NCBI GenBank assembly: GCA_964016885.1
Contig: OZ024741.1
Coordinates: 50,716,001-50,780,000, forward strand
Direction of reading: 5' to 3'
Length of the DNA stretch: 64,000 bases
Source of the DNA: Eledone cirrhosa
Taxonomy: Eukaryota
The stretch's first letter is position 1; each line of letters starts with the position of its first letter. The notes below the pieces were generated by a model. That model saw only the letters and a program-made list of their open reading frames with translations, did not search any database and had not been told where the DNA came from. The translations under genes were made by a program, and so were the position numbers. Of the stretch, positions 1 to 12,447 are shown piece by piece.

Positions 1-3000
1 GTATGTGTGCATGTGTATATGCTTTGTATCTGTACATGTGTATATGCAGTTATTAGATGCAACATTTTGGGAATGTTTTTCATATTTTTACTGTTCCATA
101 ATGGATTGTACTTGTAATTTCCTAACTAGTTGTGTTCTTTCTGTTCCTGTGAAGCCTAGCTTCTCAAGATTTGTATTGAGGCAGTTACTAACATATCCCA
201 GTGCCCCAACAATCACAGGCATAAATCTGAAGGTGTAATCAGGGTGGAGTATCTGCAGATTTCTCATCAGTTCTGCATAAATATTCTCCTTTTCACTAAT
301 CTTTGATATTATATTGGCATCTGCTGGGCAGCTAATTTCCACTACTGTGCATGTTTTCTTCTCCCTGTCCCATATCATAATATCTGGTCTGTTATGCCTG
401 CATTTTATTGGGGTTTTTACTGGAACATTCCACCAGTCCTCTTTCATATTATGTACATGGATGTCTTCCACATTGTTGTAGCTTTTAATGTGTTTATTAT
501 CGGGGCTATCTTTTTTACGAACTGCATTGTACAGTGTTTTGGCCACTACATCATGCCTCATAGGTAGATAGTACCGCGATGACATCTTTGGGAAGCTGCT
601 GATGACATGGGTGATATCCTCGATGTTAGTTCTGCAGAGTCTGCACTTGTTATCACATCTAGGTGTTTTGCCTGCATCCCCTATCTCTTTTGTGAATCAG
701 GTATTTCGTACTAATCTCCTGTTCTTGGATTGCAAAAGCGTATCCTTCAAAGTGGGAGCCAATATAGTGGTTGTTGGTCCAAGATAGACTACTTTCCTTA
801 TCTATATTACTCTCACTCTGGAGCTTCCTGGCAACATATCCATGCATGATTTTTTGCTGATAGGCATGCAGTTTTTCATCCATGGATTCACTGCGATACT
901 GCTGAGCGACATCCCTGGGTGTGAGTTTTTGATTATCACACAGGGAATATCTCTCAAGGAGTTCCTTCCCAACTCTCATGATCTTATCTGTTTCATGCAG
1001 ATAGACTTGCTCGAGAAACGGGCTCCTACGCTTCGAGGTTCGTAGATGTTGTCGGAGAGATATGATGCGATTCAAATGTTGTCTGGACTGATGTTAGGCC
1101 TCTGCTTCCCTGCTTACGTTTCAAGTAAAGGCGGTCTATGTCACTGTTGATGTGTAAGTTTCCGGTGTTGTTCAGTATTTTTCGAGTTCCAACATCAACT
1201 GCTCGGATTTTGTCTATTGTCCAATTGAGTATTCCAAACGTTGGTGTTAGGACAGGCACAGCAAACACATTGTGAGCCACTGTTTTGTTTTGCGCAGAGA
1301 GTTCCGATGACCAGATCTTTCTTAATCGGGTGTAGTATTCCCTGGTTACGCGTTTTTATTACAGATACCATTATAGGATATGTTCTTATCTATCCCCAGG
1401 TATCTGTAGCAGTCCTCATCAGATATCGGTGAAACAGTTAGACCATTGATGACAATGTTGCTAGATTGGGTTGTTGTTTTTCCCCGCTTTACAGTCATGT
1501 AAGAGCATTTATCTTGGCCAAACTCCATTCCTATATCCTTTGAGAACGTTGTAACCAGGTCAAGATTTTTCTTCATCCCATCCATGTTCTTGGCATAGAG
1601 TTTCAGATCGTCCACAAAGAAGTTATGGGTTAGGTTTGTATTTCTGTCCTCCTGTGAGCCAATGATGTATCCCTCACATTTCTTGAGCAGAAAGGACAAG
1701 GGGTTTAATGACAAGATGAACAATATCACAGAGAGACTGTCCCCCTGAAATATACCCCTGCAATATTTTATTTTATCAGTGAAAATAGAGTCCCCCCTCT
1801 CTGTCTTTAACCTTAGGATAGTAGCCCAAGAAGAAGACAGCCTCTCTATGGCTCTGACAATAATATCTGGGACTTTAGCAAGTTGGAGGGCCTCTATCAT
1901 CCAAGAGTGGGAAACAGAATCGAAAGCTTTCCTGTAGTCCAGCCAGACTGTAGTCATATTCCTCCTAAGTTGTCGCACCTCCGACATCACAGTTTTGTTG
2001 ATTAGGAGTTGTTCAGCACATCCCCAAACCCTTTTCTTTCCAGCTGCTTGTTCATCTGTGATGATGTTATTATTTTCACAGTGATCTTGGAGGAATAGGT
2101 TGAGGCAGGCTGTATACATCTTATACATCAGGTTCTGGCATGCAATGGGTCGGTAGTTTTTTGCCAAGTGGGTGTCTTTGTTCTTGGGAACCAGTAACGT
2201 TTGTGCTAATGTCAACCATTCTGGTATAAGTGTATCTCCCTTAAGAACTTGTTGGTAGAGGTCAGTAAGATACCTCCGATAGAATATTAGTTTTTTGTAC
2301 CAGTAGCCGACAATCATGTCTCTTCCTGGTGTTTTCTTATCTTGGAGTTTTCCTATCACAGTCTCAAGGGTACCCTCACTTATTTCGTATGTTTTTGTTG
2401 TAGTGTAGGAGCAATAGTTCTTTCGGATTTCTCTTAGCCACACTGCATCTTGGTTGAAATTCTTCTTTTCACCCCATATTTTTCTCCAAAAGGAATCTAT
2501 GTCTTTCTGGGATGGGGCCTCAGTGACACTTATTATTTTGCCCTTCATATCTCTATAGACTGATGTTTGGTTTCGTCTGAATCTTTTGTTAAGCATTTTT
2601 CTCTCATCTACCTTCTTCAGGTATCGGCGTTTTTCGCTAACAGCTCTCAATTCTTGTTTGAGGGTGATCAGCTTATATTGGAGAGTTCTGGTTCTACTGT
2701 TACCAAACATCGTCTCTATTTTATTTTTCACTCTTTGTTGGTGAGGAGTGAGGTTTTTTTGTGTTTGTTTGCACATGACCTATGTTTTTTCGTAGGTCAG
2801 CAATCTTTTTTTCTATTTTAGTTATATATGATGATATTTTTTGGTGGTGTTTTGTTCTTGTTAATATCTCTGCTATCACCAAGATAATGTTTCAGTCATT
2901 GCTAAGGCATATAAACAGGTTATGATTTGCCAAAATGTTGGGGTTTTTATCCGTCGTAAATATTCATCCCCTATTTCGTCAATAACACGTAGTATTTCAT

Positions 3001-3937
3001 TATTTGGTTTTTTATTCACCATTATCATTTTAACACATTCAGCCAGAGAGATATTTATACATGAGTTAATTTCTCTCTGGAAGATTTCGTTGAGGGAAAT
3101 TTTCAATTGTTTATACTTTTGATTATCATTATCGATAGTATTTTCCACAACAGTCGAGGTAGACTTGGATGGTATACGTGGTGTCACATTTATTTGATTA
3201 TTATTATTATTTCTTCGATTATTATTATTATCGATAGTGTTTTCCCCAGCATTCGAGGTAGACTTAGATGGTACAGGTGGTGTCAAGTTTCTTACAGGCA
3301 TAGTTGTTTCAAGGCGCTGTTCGACCTGGCTGCTAGGAAGTCTAGTAGCATGGCGATCTGTAGCACGTGTTGTTGATTCCATGTTTGTTGTGGGGGACTT
3401 ACAATTAATAATATTTATCTTATTTTTACGTTCAACAAACGTCGCTTGTTGGCGTAATTGTTTCGCTGTCAAATAATTTAGCTCTGGGTGTATTTCGTCC
3501 CAGTGTAGCTTCATTCTTTTCATATAGCCAATGGAGGGATTGTTTTTTGCCATTTTATAACAATTAAATAAATCATTATTAAGTTCGCAACTCCAAGAGA
3601 AATGCGATTTATAATTTCGGTTTCTTCTGTAGCTACAACTGAATAAAGTTTGATTACCTTCTTTGTTATTTGTCTTCGATACTTCCTTAATTTTCTTGTT
3701 GATGTTGTGTTCAGCCATGCTGTTTGTAGCAAATCCTTGTAAAATGAATTATGTATTTAGTCGGATATCTCTACGAATTCGAATAAAAGGTGTCTTCAGA
3801 AGGGATAGTTAGAAGAATAACCAGTTATTCAACCTGGCTGTAGTTGTGGCATTACTGTCGGAGATAGTATTCATCTTAAATTTAATAAATAGTCTCCCAC
3901 GCCAAAATATGTGACTGATCGCGTTGACTGATGGAAT
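1..3937 (-). mobile_element. R4/Dong-type non-LTR retrotransposon (RT + REL endonuclease), near full length, frameshifted; 3' end runs off the window
   Basis: Minus-strand ORF pieces 3718-2876, 2776-1346, 1280-1026, 1075-659 and 585-88 give an N-terminal W..E.N..L..CY..GY.KRM...W domain, RT motifs (NYRPIAC, WLDYRKAFDSV, GIFQGDSLS, FVDDLK), a CCHC-like knuckle (CRLC...H...), RHD and RPDIM...EISCP...K. The 5' end abuts (TGTA)n at about 3945. Confidence 0.93.
1346..2776 (-). pseudogene. Reverse transcriptase domain of the R4/Dong element
   Basis: 476-aa ORF with RPIA, DYRKAFDSV, QGDSLS, FVDD and YRYLG; flanked by frameshifts. Confidence 0.95.
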
Positions 3938-3939
3938 AT

Positions 3940-4076
3940 ATGTGTGTATGTATGTATGTATGTATGTATGTATGTATGTATGTATGTATGTATGTATGTA
4001 TGTATGTATGTATGTATGTATGTATGTATGTATGTATGTATGTATGTATGAATGTATGTATGTATGTATGTATGTA

Positions 4077-4137
<61 letters not shown>

Positions 4138-4230
4138 ATATGTGTATGTATCTGTATATGTATATGTATATATCGGGGTATAGATGTGTATGTGTGGATA
4201 TAGATATATATGGATATGTATATATATGAT
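3940..4230. repeat. (TGTA)n/(TG)n/(TA)n compound microsatellite
   Basis: Direct reading. Confidence 0.97.
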
Positions 4231-4863
4231 TATATGCATGCGTGTGGATGTGTATTTAGGTTTGCATCTATTTGCACGTATGTATATTTTGGTTAGATAT
4301 CAATATAACTGTACCTCTCTCTATATGTGGTGTGAATATGTGCACTTTGTAGGCTATGAAATTTATGTGTTTTAACTATGCCAACATGTACTTATCTGAG
4401 TTTGATTGTTTATGCATAAACATACTTAGTAATATTTTAGAGCGTATAATATGTTATATTATACTGAGTGCAATTTACCACACCGTACTATATGCTGTTG
4501 ATTAAGTTGTATATTATCGCATTACTATATCACATTATCTTATTATAATTTTCATCTTTTAATATACTATCTTTCCTAGCCATAACATTAATTTATATTC
4601 ACCTTAAAACTCAATACAACACTAATCACCATTTATTTTGACATTCCTTTTAAATTCACTATACAAGATACATTCAACTATCAGTTTGACAATCCCCTTC
4701 CTTCCTAATAGATTTTTATGCCATTTCTACTAACACCTTTCAACCCTTCCTTTCAAAGTGTATTACTTTTCATCTTAACACCATATGAAAAAAACAATTT
4801 GATTCGTTAGTTCTTCAACTACCTCCAAATATGGACATGGTACTAATTCTTAGTAAAATTATT

Positions 4864-4999
4864 ATTGCTTTTGAAAACAGCTGGTGATATGCATTTAAGT
4901 AAATATTCTATCTATCTGATAGTTTGTAAACTTACATAGATCAATAACTGAGTATAGATACAATGTATTATCACCATCTAGAAACGATCGTAAAGCAGT
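4864..4999 (+). ncRNA. Degenerate hammerhead ribozyme in a solo PLE 3' region (about 4380-5045)
   Basis: Stem I ATTGCTT/AAGCAGT, core TTGAAAA (decayed CTGAAGA), long stem II (TGGTGATATGCATT...AATGTATTATCACCA), GAAA, palindromic ACGATCGT, then A. Confidence 0.5.
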
Positions 5000-5062
5000 G
5001 AAGTATATCTCTAATGACTTGATTTTATATTTCATTGTTTTAACTTATATATATATATATAT

Positions 5063-5518
5063 AAAATACAATATGTTGAAAAGGTAACACACTAGAGAGA
5101 GATAGTGCGTCATCAATAAAACAGGGAAAACCACCAGTGTATGGAATGTATAATCTATGGAAGGCAGGGTAGACACACAATAATTAAAAATATAAATTAA
5201 AATGTATATACGCACCTCTATAACTATATAACACACGCGTACAAATGTACGCGTGTGTTATTGTACGCGTGTGTTATATAGTTATAGAGGTGCGTATATT
5301 CATTTTAATTTATATTTTTAATTATTGTGTGTCTACCCTGCCTTCCATAGATTATAGATTCCATACACTGGTGGTTTTCCCTGTTTTATTGATGGCGCAC
5401 TATCTCTCTGGTGTGTTATTTTTTCCACATATTGTATTTTAAAGAGCTCGGGATTCCTTTTCCTTTGAGCACATTATTGACAGGGAATAACGAGAGTCTA
5501 TGGCTCCGTTAATTTATC

Positions 5519-5520
<2 letters not shown>
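5063..5520. repeat. Foldback insertion with ~180-bp inverted arms between (TA)n tracts
   Basis: 5063-5243 is the near-perfect reverse complement of 5261-5440, with a short duplicated spacer at the centre. Confidence 0.85.
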
Positions 5521-5597
<77 letters not shown>

Positions 5598-5600
<3 letters not shown>

Positions 5601-6277
5601 ATAATAATAAATTTGAAGACTAAAATCCAAAGAGGGCTCGATAAGGATAAATTATATATCAGATATATAAGAACCGTAGAGCAAATATTTATTAAAATAA
5701 CAGATTAAAGTTTAAGCAAAGAATCGCTGCTTTCACCCTTAACGGGATCTTCTGAAACTAAAAAAGTCAATCTGTAAACGCAGAAGTAAATATTTCAAAA
5801 AACGTTGCAACCGAAGGAAGACAGGAAGACGATACTTTGGTTCGTGGAAACGTTCCTTGGCAAAGAACGGAAAAAACGAAGATAATACATCATTATTTGG
5901 TGCGGCGAAAACAATTACACGCAAAGACAAAACCATGTTTATGGTATAAATGAAGTCGTAGACTAATATTCTATTAGGTGGTTCATGGAGACGTTCTCTG
6001 GCAATGAACGAAAAAAACGAAGATAATACGTCATTATGTGGAGCACTGAGAACAATTACACGCAAAGACAAACTTTAATCTGTTATTTTAATAAATATCT
6101 ATATATATATTGTTATACTTGGGGAGGGTCATATTTGTGTAATAATATTGCCAGAATTAATAACAGAACACACTCACTGTTTGGTTGGTTTTCGCTTCTG
6201 TATCTTTTAATTTATTCGGTCCTCAATGTTACCATTGACTTACCAACGGTTAAAAATACAGATATAATTCATCGCCG

Positions 6278-6365
<88 letters not shown>

Positions 6366-7261
6366 TAAAATAACAGATTAAAGTTTAAGCAAAGAATCGC
6401 TGCTTTCACCCTTAACGGGATCTTCTGAAACTAACAAAGTCAATCTGTAAACGCAGAACTGGATATTTCAAAAAACGTTGCAACCGGAGGAAGACAGGAA
6501 GACGATACTTTGGTTCATGGTGACGTTCGCTGGCAAAGAACGGGAAAAAACGAATAATACGTCATTAATAGGAGCGGTGAAAAACAATTACGTGCAAGGA
6601 CAGAACCACGTTTATGGTATAAAAGAGGTCGTAGACTAATGTTCTCTAAGTGGTGCATAGAGACGTTCTCTGGCAATGAACGAAAAAACGAAGATAATAA
6701 GTCATATGTGGAGCGTGGAGAACAATAGCGTGCAAAGACAAAACCACGTAAATGGTATAGCAGAAGTCGTAGACTAAAATTCTAACTAGGAGACCGAATG
6801 AATCTCCGCTACAGAGTTAGGTGTGTGTATATGTGTATTTCTTGTTTTAGTTGACTTACGTCTCCGAACCTTCATGTATTTATTTGTAGGTATGTGTGTG
6901 CGCTTGTTATATACGTATTTATTTACTTATATACGTTTATATAATTATTTATTTATTTGTACACAAGCATACACACATACACATATTTATATGTGCGTGG
7001 TTTTGTATACCTATGGTAAGGTTATGCGTATGCTTGTGTATGTACGTATCTGTTTGCGTGTATGTATTTATTTGTTCCTATTACTTCTGTATTGTATTTA
7101 TTTGTTTTGTTCTTAACTCTGTAGCGGAGATTCATTCGGTCTCCTAGTTAGAATTTTAGTCTACGACTTCTGCTAATATTTGCTCTTCGGTTCTTATATA
7201 TTTGATATATATTTTCCTTATCGAGCCCTCTCTGGATTTTAGTCTTCAATTTTATTATTAT

Positions 7262-7264
<3 letters not shown>
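5598..7264. mobile_element. Two adjacent non-coding PLE-like terminal insertions (family C) with inverted arms and an internal ~141-bp tandem repeat
   Basis: 5598-6069 and 6359-6790 are diverged direct copies. 6069-6098, 7114-7173 and 7175-7264 are inverted copies. All outer ends abut (TA)n, and the same terminus recurs at 35575-35670. PLE identity is inferred from architecture only. Confidence 0.6.
6107..6280 (-). mobile_element. Mini insertion of PLE family A' terminus
   Basis: Matches 14135-14300, and ends in TAATTCATCGCCG as at 16293-16305; flanked by (TA)n. Confidence 0.85.
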
Positions 7265-7318
<54 letters not shown>

Positions 7319-7331
7319 TACATATATATAT

Positions 7332-7545
7332 ATGTAAAAGGTAAACAGAAATAACAACACAATCGGTACAGTATATGGAAGGGATATATTAGGTTAACGC
7401 TTGATATAGCAGGAAGTGGGTCTTAACGTTTCGGACGCTAGACTTTCATCAGAAGAAAGAATAAGAAATAAGATAGATTGAAAGGACGGGTGGGATGGAA
7501 TTTGAAAAAAAAATGTCTTTAGATAAAAATAACAGGTCCATTCAT
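7332..7545 (-). mobile_element. Solo PLE pseudo-LTR (family B) with HHR motif at 7421-7456
   Basis: Homologous to 38340-38536. Minus strand reads TCTT CTGATGA [weak stem II] GAAA CG TT AAGA. Abuts (TA)n. Confidence 0.7.
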
Positions 7546-7728
7546 CTGAATTATGTGTGTGTACATGTGTGTATGTGAATGAAGACGTGTTTGGGTAATG
7601 GCTAGAGTGTTCGTTTCTCTAAGTAAGGTGTGAGTTCAATTCCCGGTGGCGCATTTTGTCCTTGCGCCACTATATTTTATGTTGATACAGTCCATTCACC
7701 TGGCAAAACTGAGAGAGAGAGAGAGAGG

Positions 7729-7777
<49 letters not shown>

Positions 7778-7993
7778 GTATATACATACATATCATCTCA
7801 CTCACTAACCCTTTCTCATGGATAATCTGTAACTTCGATTTCTTTCTCCCCACCGCTCTCTCTCTCTACACACATATATGTTATGTTATGTATGTGTATG
7901 TATGTATATATGTATGTATATGTATGTATGTGTATTTATGTATATATATATATATATATTATACACACACACATATATATATATACATATATG

Positions 7994-8024
<31 letters not shown>

Positions 8025-8031
8025 GTATATG

Positions 8032-8158
<127 letters not shown>

Positions 8159-8366
8159 CGTTTCTGAATTTGTTTAGCAAGATTCTTTATCTGAAAACGT
8201 GTGTTGAAACCGATATTGTTATACTTTGGGAGGGTCATGTTGCCAATAAGAAACACACGCACCAGTTGCTTTCACTTCAATTTATTATAATAAATTTATA
8301 AATTTAGGAATTTATAAATTTCTGGTTGGTTGGTTGGTTCCACAACCAGATAGTTGTTTATATATT

Positions 8367-8409
8367 GTCAAAGTTCTTTCGTCACACATTCTGTGACCTC
8401 TTCAGTGAC
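8367..8409 (-). ncRNA. Minimal type I hammerhead ribozyme (family A)
   Basis: GTCA CTGAAGA G GTCACA-GAATG-TGTGAC GAAA GAAC TT TGAC. Confidence 0.8.
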
Positions 8410-11400
8410 TGGGGATTCTTTTCTTTGTTTTTGTGCCTCTCCTTTGTTCTGTCCTACGCCATTTTGTTTCTGTGTGTCTGTTGTGTGCTCAGTCTGCGCA
8501 TGCGCCACATCCGGATGTCTGTGTGTGTTTATATTCGTTTATTTATTTGTTTATTTACATGTTACCGGTTGGTTGTTTGTTCTATGTGCGTGTGTGTTTT
8601 CATTCTGTCCTTAATTGTAAGTTGTGATGTTGCTGTTCCACTCATATTTTCTATTTAATTTTGGTTGTAATTCTTTTATGTTTATTGCCTCTGTGATTTG
8701 TCTAAACATTGCGTCTTTTCTGTGTGTAGATTCTATTTTTATTTCTATGTTCTCTAATTTACTCTTATGTTCTATTTTAGCATGTTGGTAGAGTACAGAT
8801 GATTCTTTACTATCTTGAAGGTCTCGCCAGTGTTCATTTATCCGTTCCCCTACACTACGAGCTGTCTCACCTATGTACACTATATTTTTGTCTCTACATT
8901 GTCCTTCAGTACATCTTATGCTATATACTACATTTCTAGTTTTACAGTTAATATGGGGGCTTATTTTACAGGTTATACATTTCTTATCTATACAGGGGGG
9001 TCTTTGAAAAGGGTATGCCTTGCTAATAAGTGTTTTTACGGAGGTACCTGGTCTTTCTACTATCTTAATATATGAGTTTATGTTTATCTAGGGCCCTTCT
9101 AAATTTGTAAGCTAATTCAGCTCTAGGGGTTGTATCGATGAACATTACACTCTGGTATTTATTGCTATCATACCATGAGTTTATTCTATTAGCCTTATTC
9201 CTAGTTCTTTCTATTCTATTCCAAAATTTGCTCCTATACAAGGGGCAGGTCCCATTTGTGTCATTATTTACCATTTTTTCCCATTTGGTTCTGGCTCCTC
9301 TATACACTCTGCATACGGTGGATGAAGTGTTGTATGTGTCTCTCTAATTCTTCGGGGTTGCACATGCGGGACACGTTTCTCATCACCCGTACCAAATCCG
9401 AAATCAGTATGTTGATTTTGGTATGGTCCGAAACAGCTGAGTTTCGGTGGATCAGATGTTTGGAAGTCATGGGTTTGGCATAATGGGAATGGAGGATTTG
9501 TTTTTTGTTATTAATGGTATCTAACCAGAGCTCTGTGTCTAGTAAGGTAATCGATGGTTGGGGTGTTTACTTGGGTAGTCTATAGTAACTCTAATACTCT
9601 GGTGGATGGAGTTAGCTATTTGCTGGAGGCTTTCCATTGTGTTTTTCTCTAGTTGCTGACTGTTCTCTAGTGGGGGTGTCTTAACTACGATGTTTATATC
9701 ATCAACGTAGCGGGAGTACATTATCAGGGTTAAGAGGTCTTCTAATTGTTCTTTAATTTTAAGTTTAAGTCTACTGTCCCACCATACCATGAATAAGTTA
9801 GCTATGTCGCCAGCAATGCTAACACCAATGGCTGCTCCTTCTTCTTGGGCATATGTTTTTCCATTAAATTTGAACATATGTTCCTTGAGGGTTAGTTTTA
9901 TGCTGGCCCCTACCGCATGTGCAATCATTTTCTTCAGTTCATCGTGGTTTTAGGGTGTCCGTATGGCTCTGGTCCACCCGTTCCATCTATCTGTGTGGGT
10001 TTTCTTGGCCATTGAGGTAATGGTAGGTGGTCTGCTTCTTGCTGGTCTTGTAGGGCACAGGTTGCTAAGGTCATATGTGTCTAGGTAATTATTACTATAG
10101 GTAAGTTTAAGTAGGAGTCCCAGCTCACTGGTATCAGTCCAACGGAACTCAACATTGCTCTCACTGATCATTTCTACGCATTTCTCCACAGCAAAATCCA
10201 CGTCAATAGATGGATACAGGGACACAACATCCATACTACCTATTATGCAGTTTGTTAGGTCCCTAGATCGGTTACTCTCGCCGATTCTGCTGAGGAGGTC
10301 CTCCGTGCTGTCACATACATCTGGGGACATTTCAATGATGGGGCGTATGATCAGGGAGAGGAAGTAGGACAGTCTGTAGTTACTAGCAATGTTAGCTCCA
10401 CAGACTGGCCGTGTTGGTGGTCCCGTGACAGGGTCACTGCCCGTTTTATGGTCTTTTCGAAGCCCATACAACGCCGGCACGTCATTGTTCCAGGCCTGGA
10501 AGTTGTTGAACAGTCCTTTTGTTGGGCTGCATTATATTCGTCCACATCACCATATGGACATTGAGGGCTTTTTCTCTATCCTCATGCTCCTGTCGTGTTA
10601 CCTCTCTTGTGTTAGTGATGTGGGGTTGCATTGCCTGGATGTAGTTTGGCAGGCTGTCAACCGACATTCTGCCAGACTTGTCTGTTGGAAAGCATGCTAT
10701 CTCTCCATTACGCGAGCGCTGCATGAGCTTACGCAAGCCATTTGCAGATTTTTCTCCCAGTTGCTGGGCCTCCATTCTATTATGCTTCTTGCTATACTGT
10801 TCTATAATATTTCTAAGTTCGGATCTAGCTAAACTAAATTGTGCTTCTGTTTGTTCATCGACCTGCGACGGCAATTGCGTGCGTTTGTTAAATGGTAAAG
10901 TCGTGGCGTGGACTCGTCGCAGGTCGAACGACTTATCGGAGGGATTATAAAAAGTAGAGTTCCAGGCTGCTGCTTTATGTGTACTAGTGCTATTGTTATT
11001 GTTAGTTGTGTTGTTTCTATTTCTATTTCCACCAACAGCCTCATGGTTGTTTCTATGTCTCTCATTATTACTCCTGTCTCTTTCCACTGGCTCATTGTTA
11101 TTATCTACTCTATTTTGTGTGTCTGTGTGTTCGTCTTGGTTATTTTCTTTGTCCATAGTCTCCCTTCTCCTTTTAATCCTATTACTTTCCCTTATTTCTG
11201 TGATTTCTGTGCTACTGTCATTACTTGTTTTCTGTGTCTGTGTGTTTGTTAAGATTGTGGTGGTGGTGAGAGGCATTGAATGTGTGTGTGTTGTTGTTGT
11301 TGATGTGTGCTGTTGTTGATATGTGTTGTTGTTGTTGTCTCCGTGTGTGTTATTATTGTTGTGTGTTGTTATTGTTGTTTGTGTCTGCGTGTCTGTTGTT

Positions 11401-12404
11401 GTTGTTTCTGAGTATGTTATTATTGTTGGTGTGTGTGTTGTTGTTATTGTTGTTTGTGTCTGTGTGTCTGTTGTTGTTGGGATGTGTGTTGTATATGTGT
11501 GTGCGTATGTTATTACTTTTGTTTTTGTTTTTGTTTTTGAGGCTCCAACGTAGTTTTGTAAATGATTTTTCTATTTCTGACAGACAACTAATCACATTTA
11601 CCTTCTTGAATGTCGCAAATTTCGGCGGTAGTTGTAATACAGATAATTCATCAGGATCTATTGCCGTGTTGCCGTATATATTTGTGTTGTTGTTGTTGTT
11701 GTTGAACTCATCTGTTAATGAGGTGTCGGCCATATTTATACCGTCAATTTTGTTGCGATATGTATTGGTATTCTCTACAGTATCCTGATTTAGTTTTATC
11801 TGCTTAAGCCACTTTAGTTTCTTGTTAAAGTGCTTATCACATTCTTGAGCAATGTACTGTTCTTCAGGACGTATAAGGCTTATAAATATTAGTTTTTCTC
11901 TTGGTGTGGTGATCCTAGTTATTTCTTGTATTAGGTTACGCTTATGTTTTTCTTGATGACTTAATTCTCTATAGATCTTCTTTTTTATGTTTAGAATTAG
12001 TGTTCGTTTTAGCCTATCTGCTTGCTTTTCGGTGAGTTGTAATCTTCTTACATCGGTGTTGATGGTGTTGGTGTAAACTCGGGACGAGGCATATTCTTTT
12101 ATGAAGTGTAGTTGTCGAGATGTTATTGTTTTTCGTAGACAACAGAACATGGTGGTTTTCAGTATCTTGTTAGCCTGGCTAAGGCTTACGATATTTCGTT
12201 TCTGAATTTGTTTAGCAAGATTCTTTATCTGAAAACGTGTGTTGAAACCGATATTGTTATACTTTGGGAGGGTCATGTTGCCAATAAGAAACACACGCAC
12301 CAGTTGCTTTCACTTCAATTTATTATAATAAATTTATAAATTTAGGAATTTATAAATTTCTGGTTGGTTGGTTGGTTCCACAACCAGATAGTTGTTTATA
12401 TATT

Positions 12405-12447
12405 GTCAAAGTTCTTTCGTCACACATTCTGTGACCACTTCAGTGAC
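12405..12447 (-). ncRNA. Hammerhead copy in the 5' pseudo-LTR, core mutated (CTGAAGT)
   Basis: Same as 8367-8409 apart from one core substitution. Confidence 0.7.

Noticed and set aside
5715-5765. HHR in family C (CAGAAGA..CCC/GGG..GAAA on the minus strand)
   Set aside because: The core deviates in both copies, and stems I and III cannot be formed.
7582-7665. tRNA gene
   Set aside because: Only a B-box-like motif and no cloverleaf; probably a decayed SINE head.
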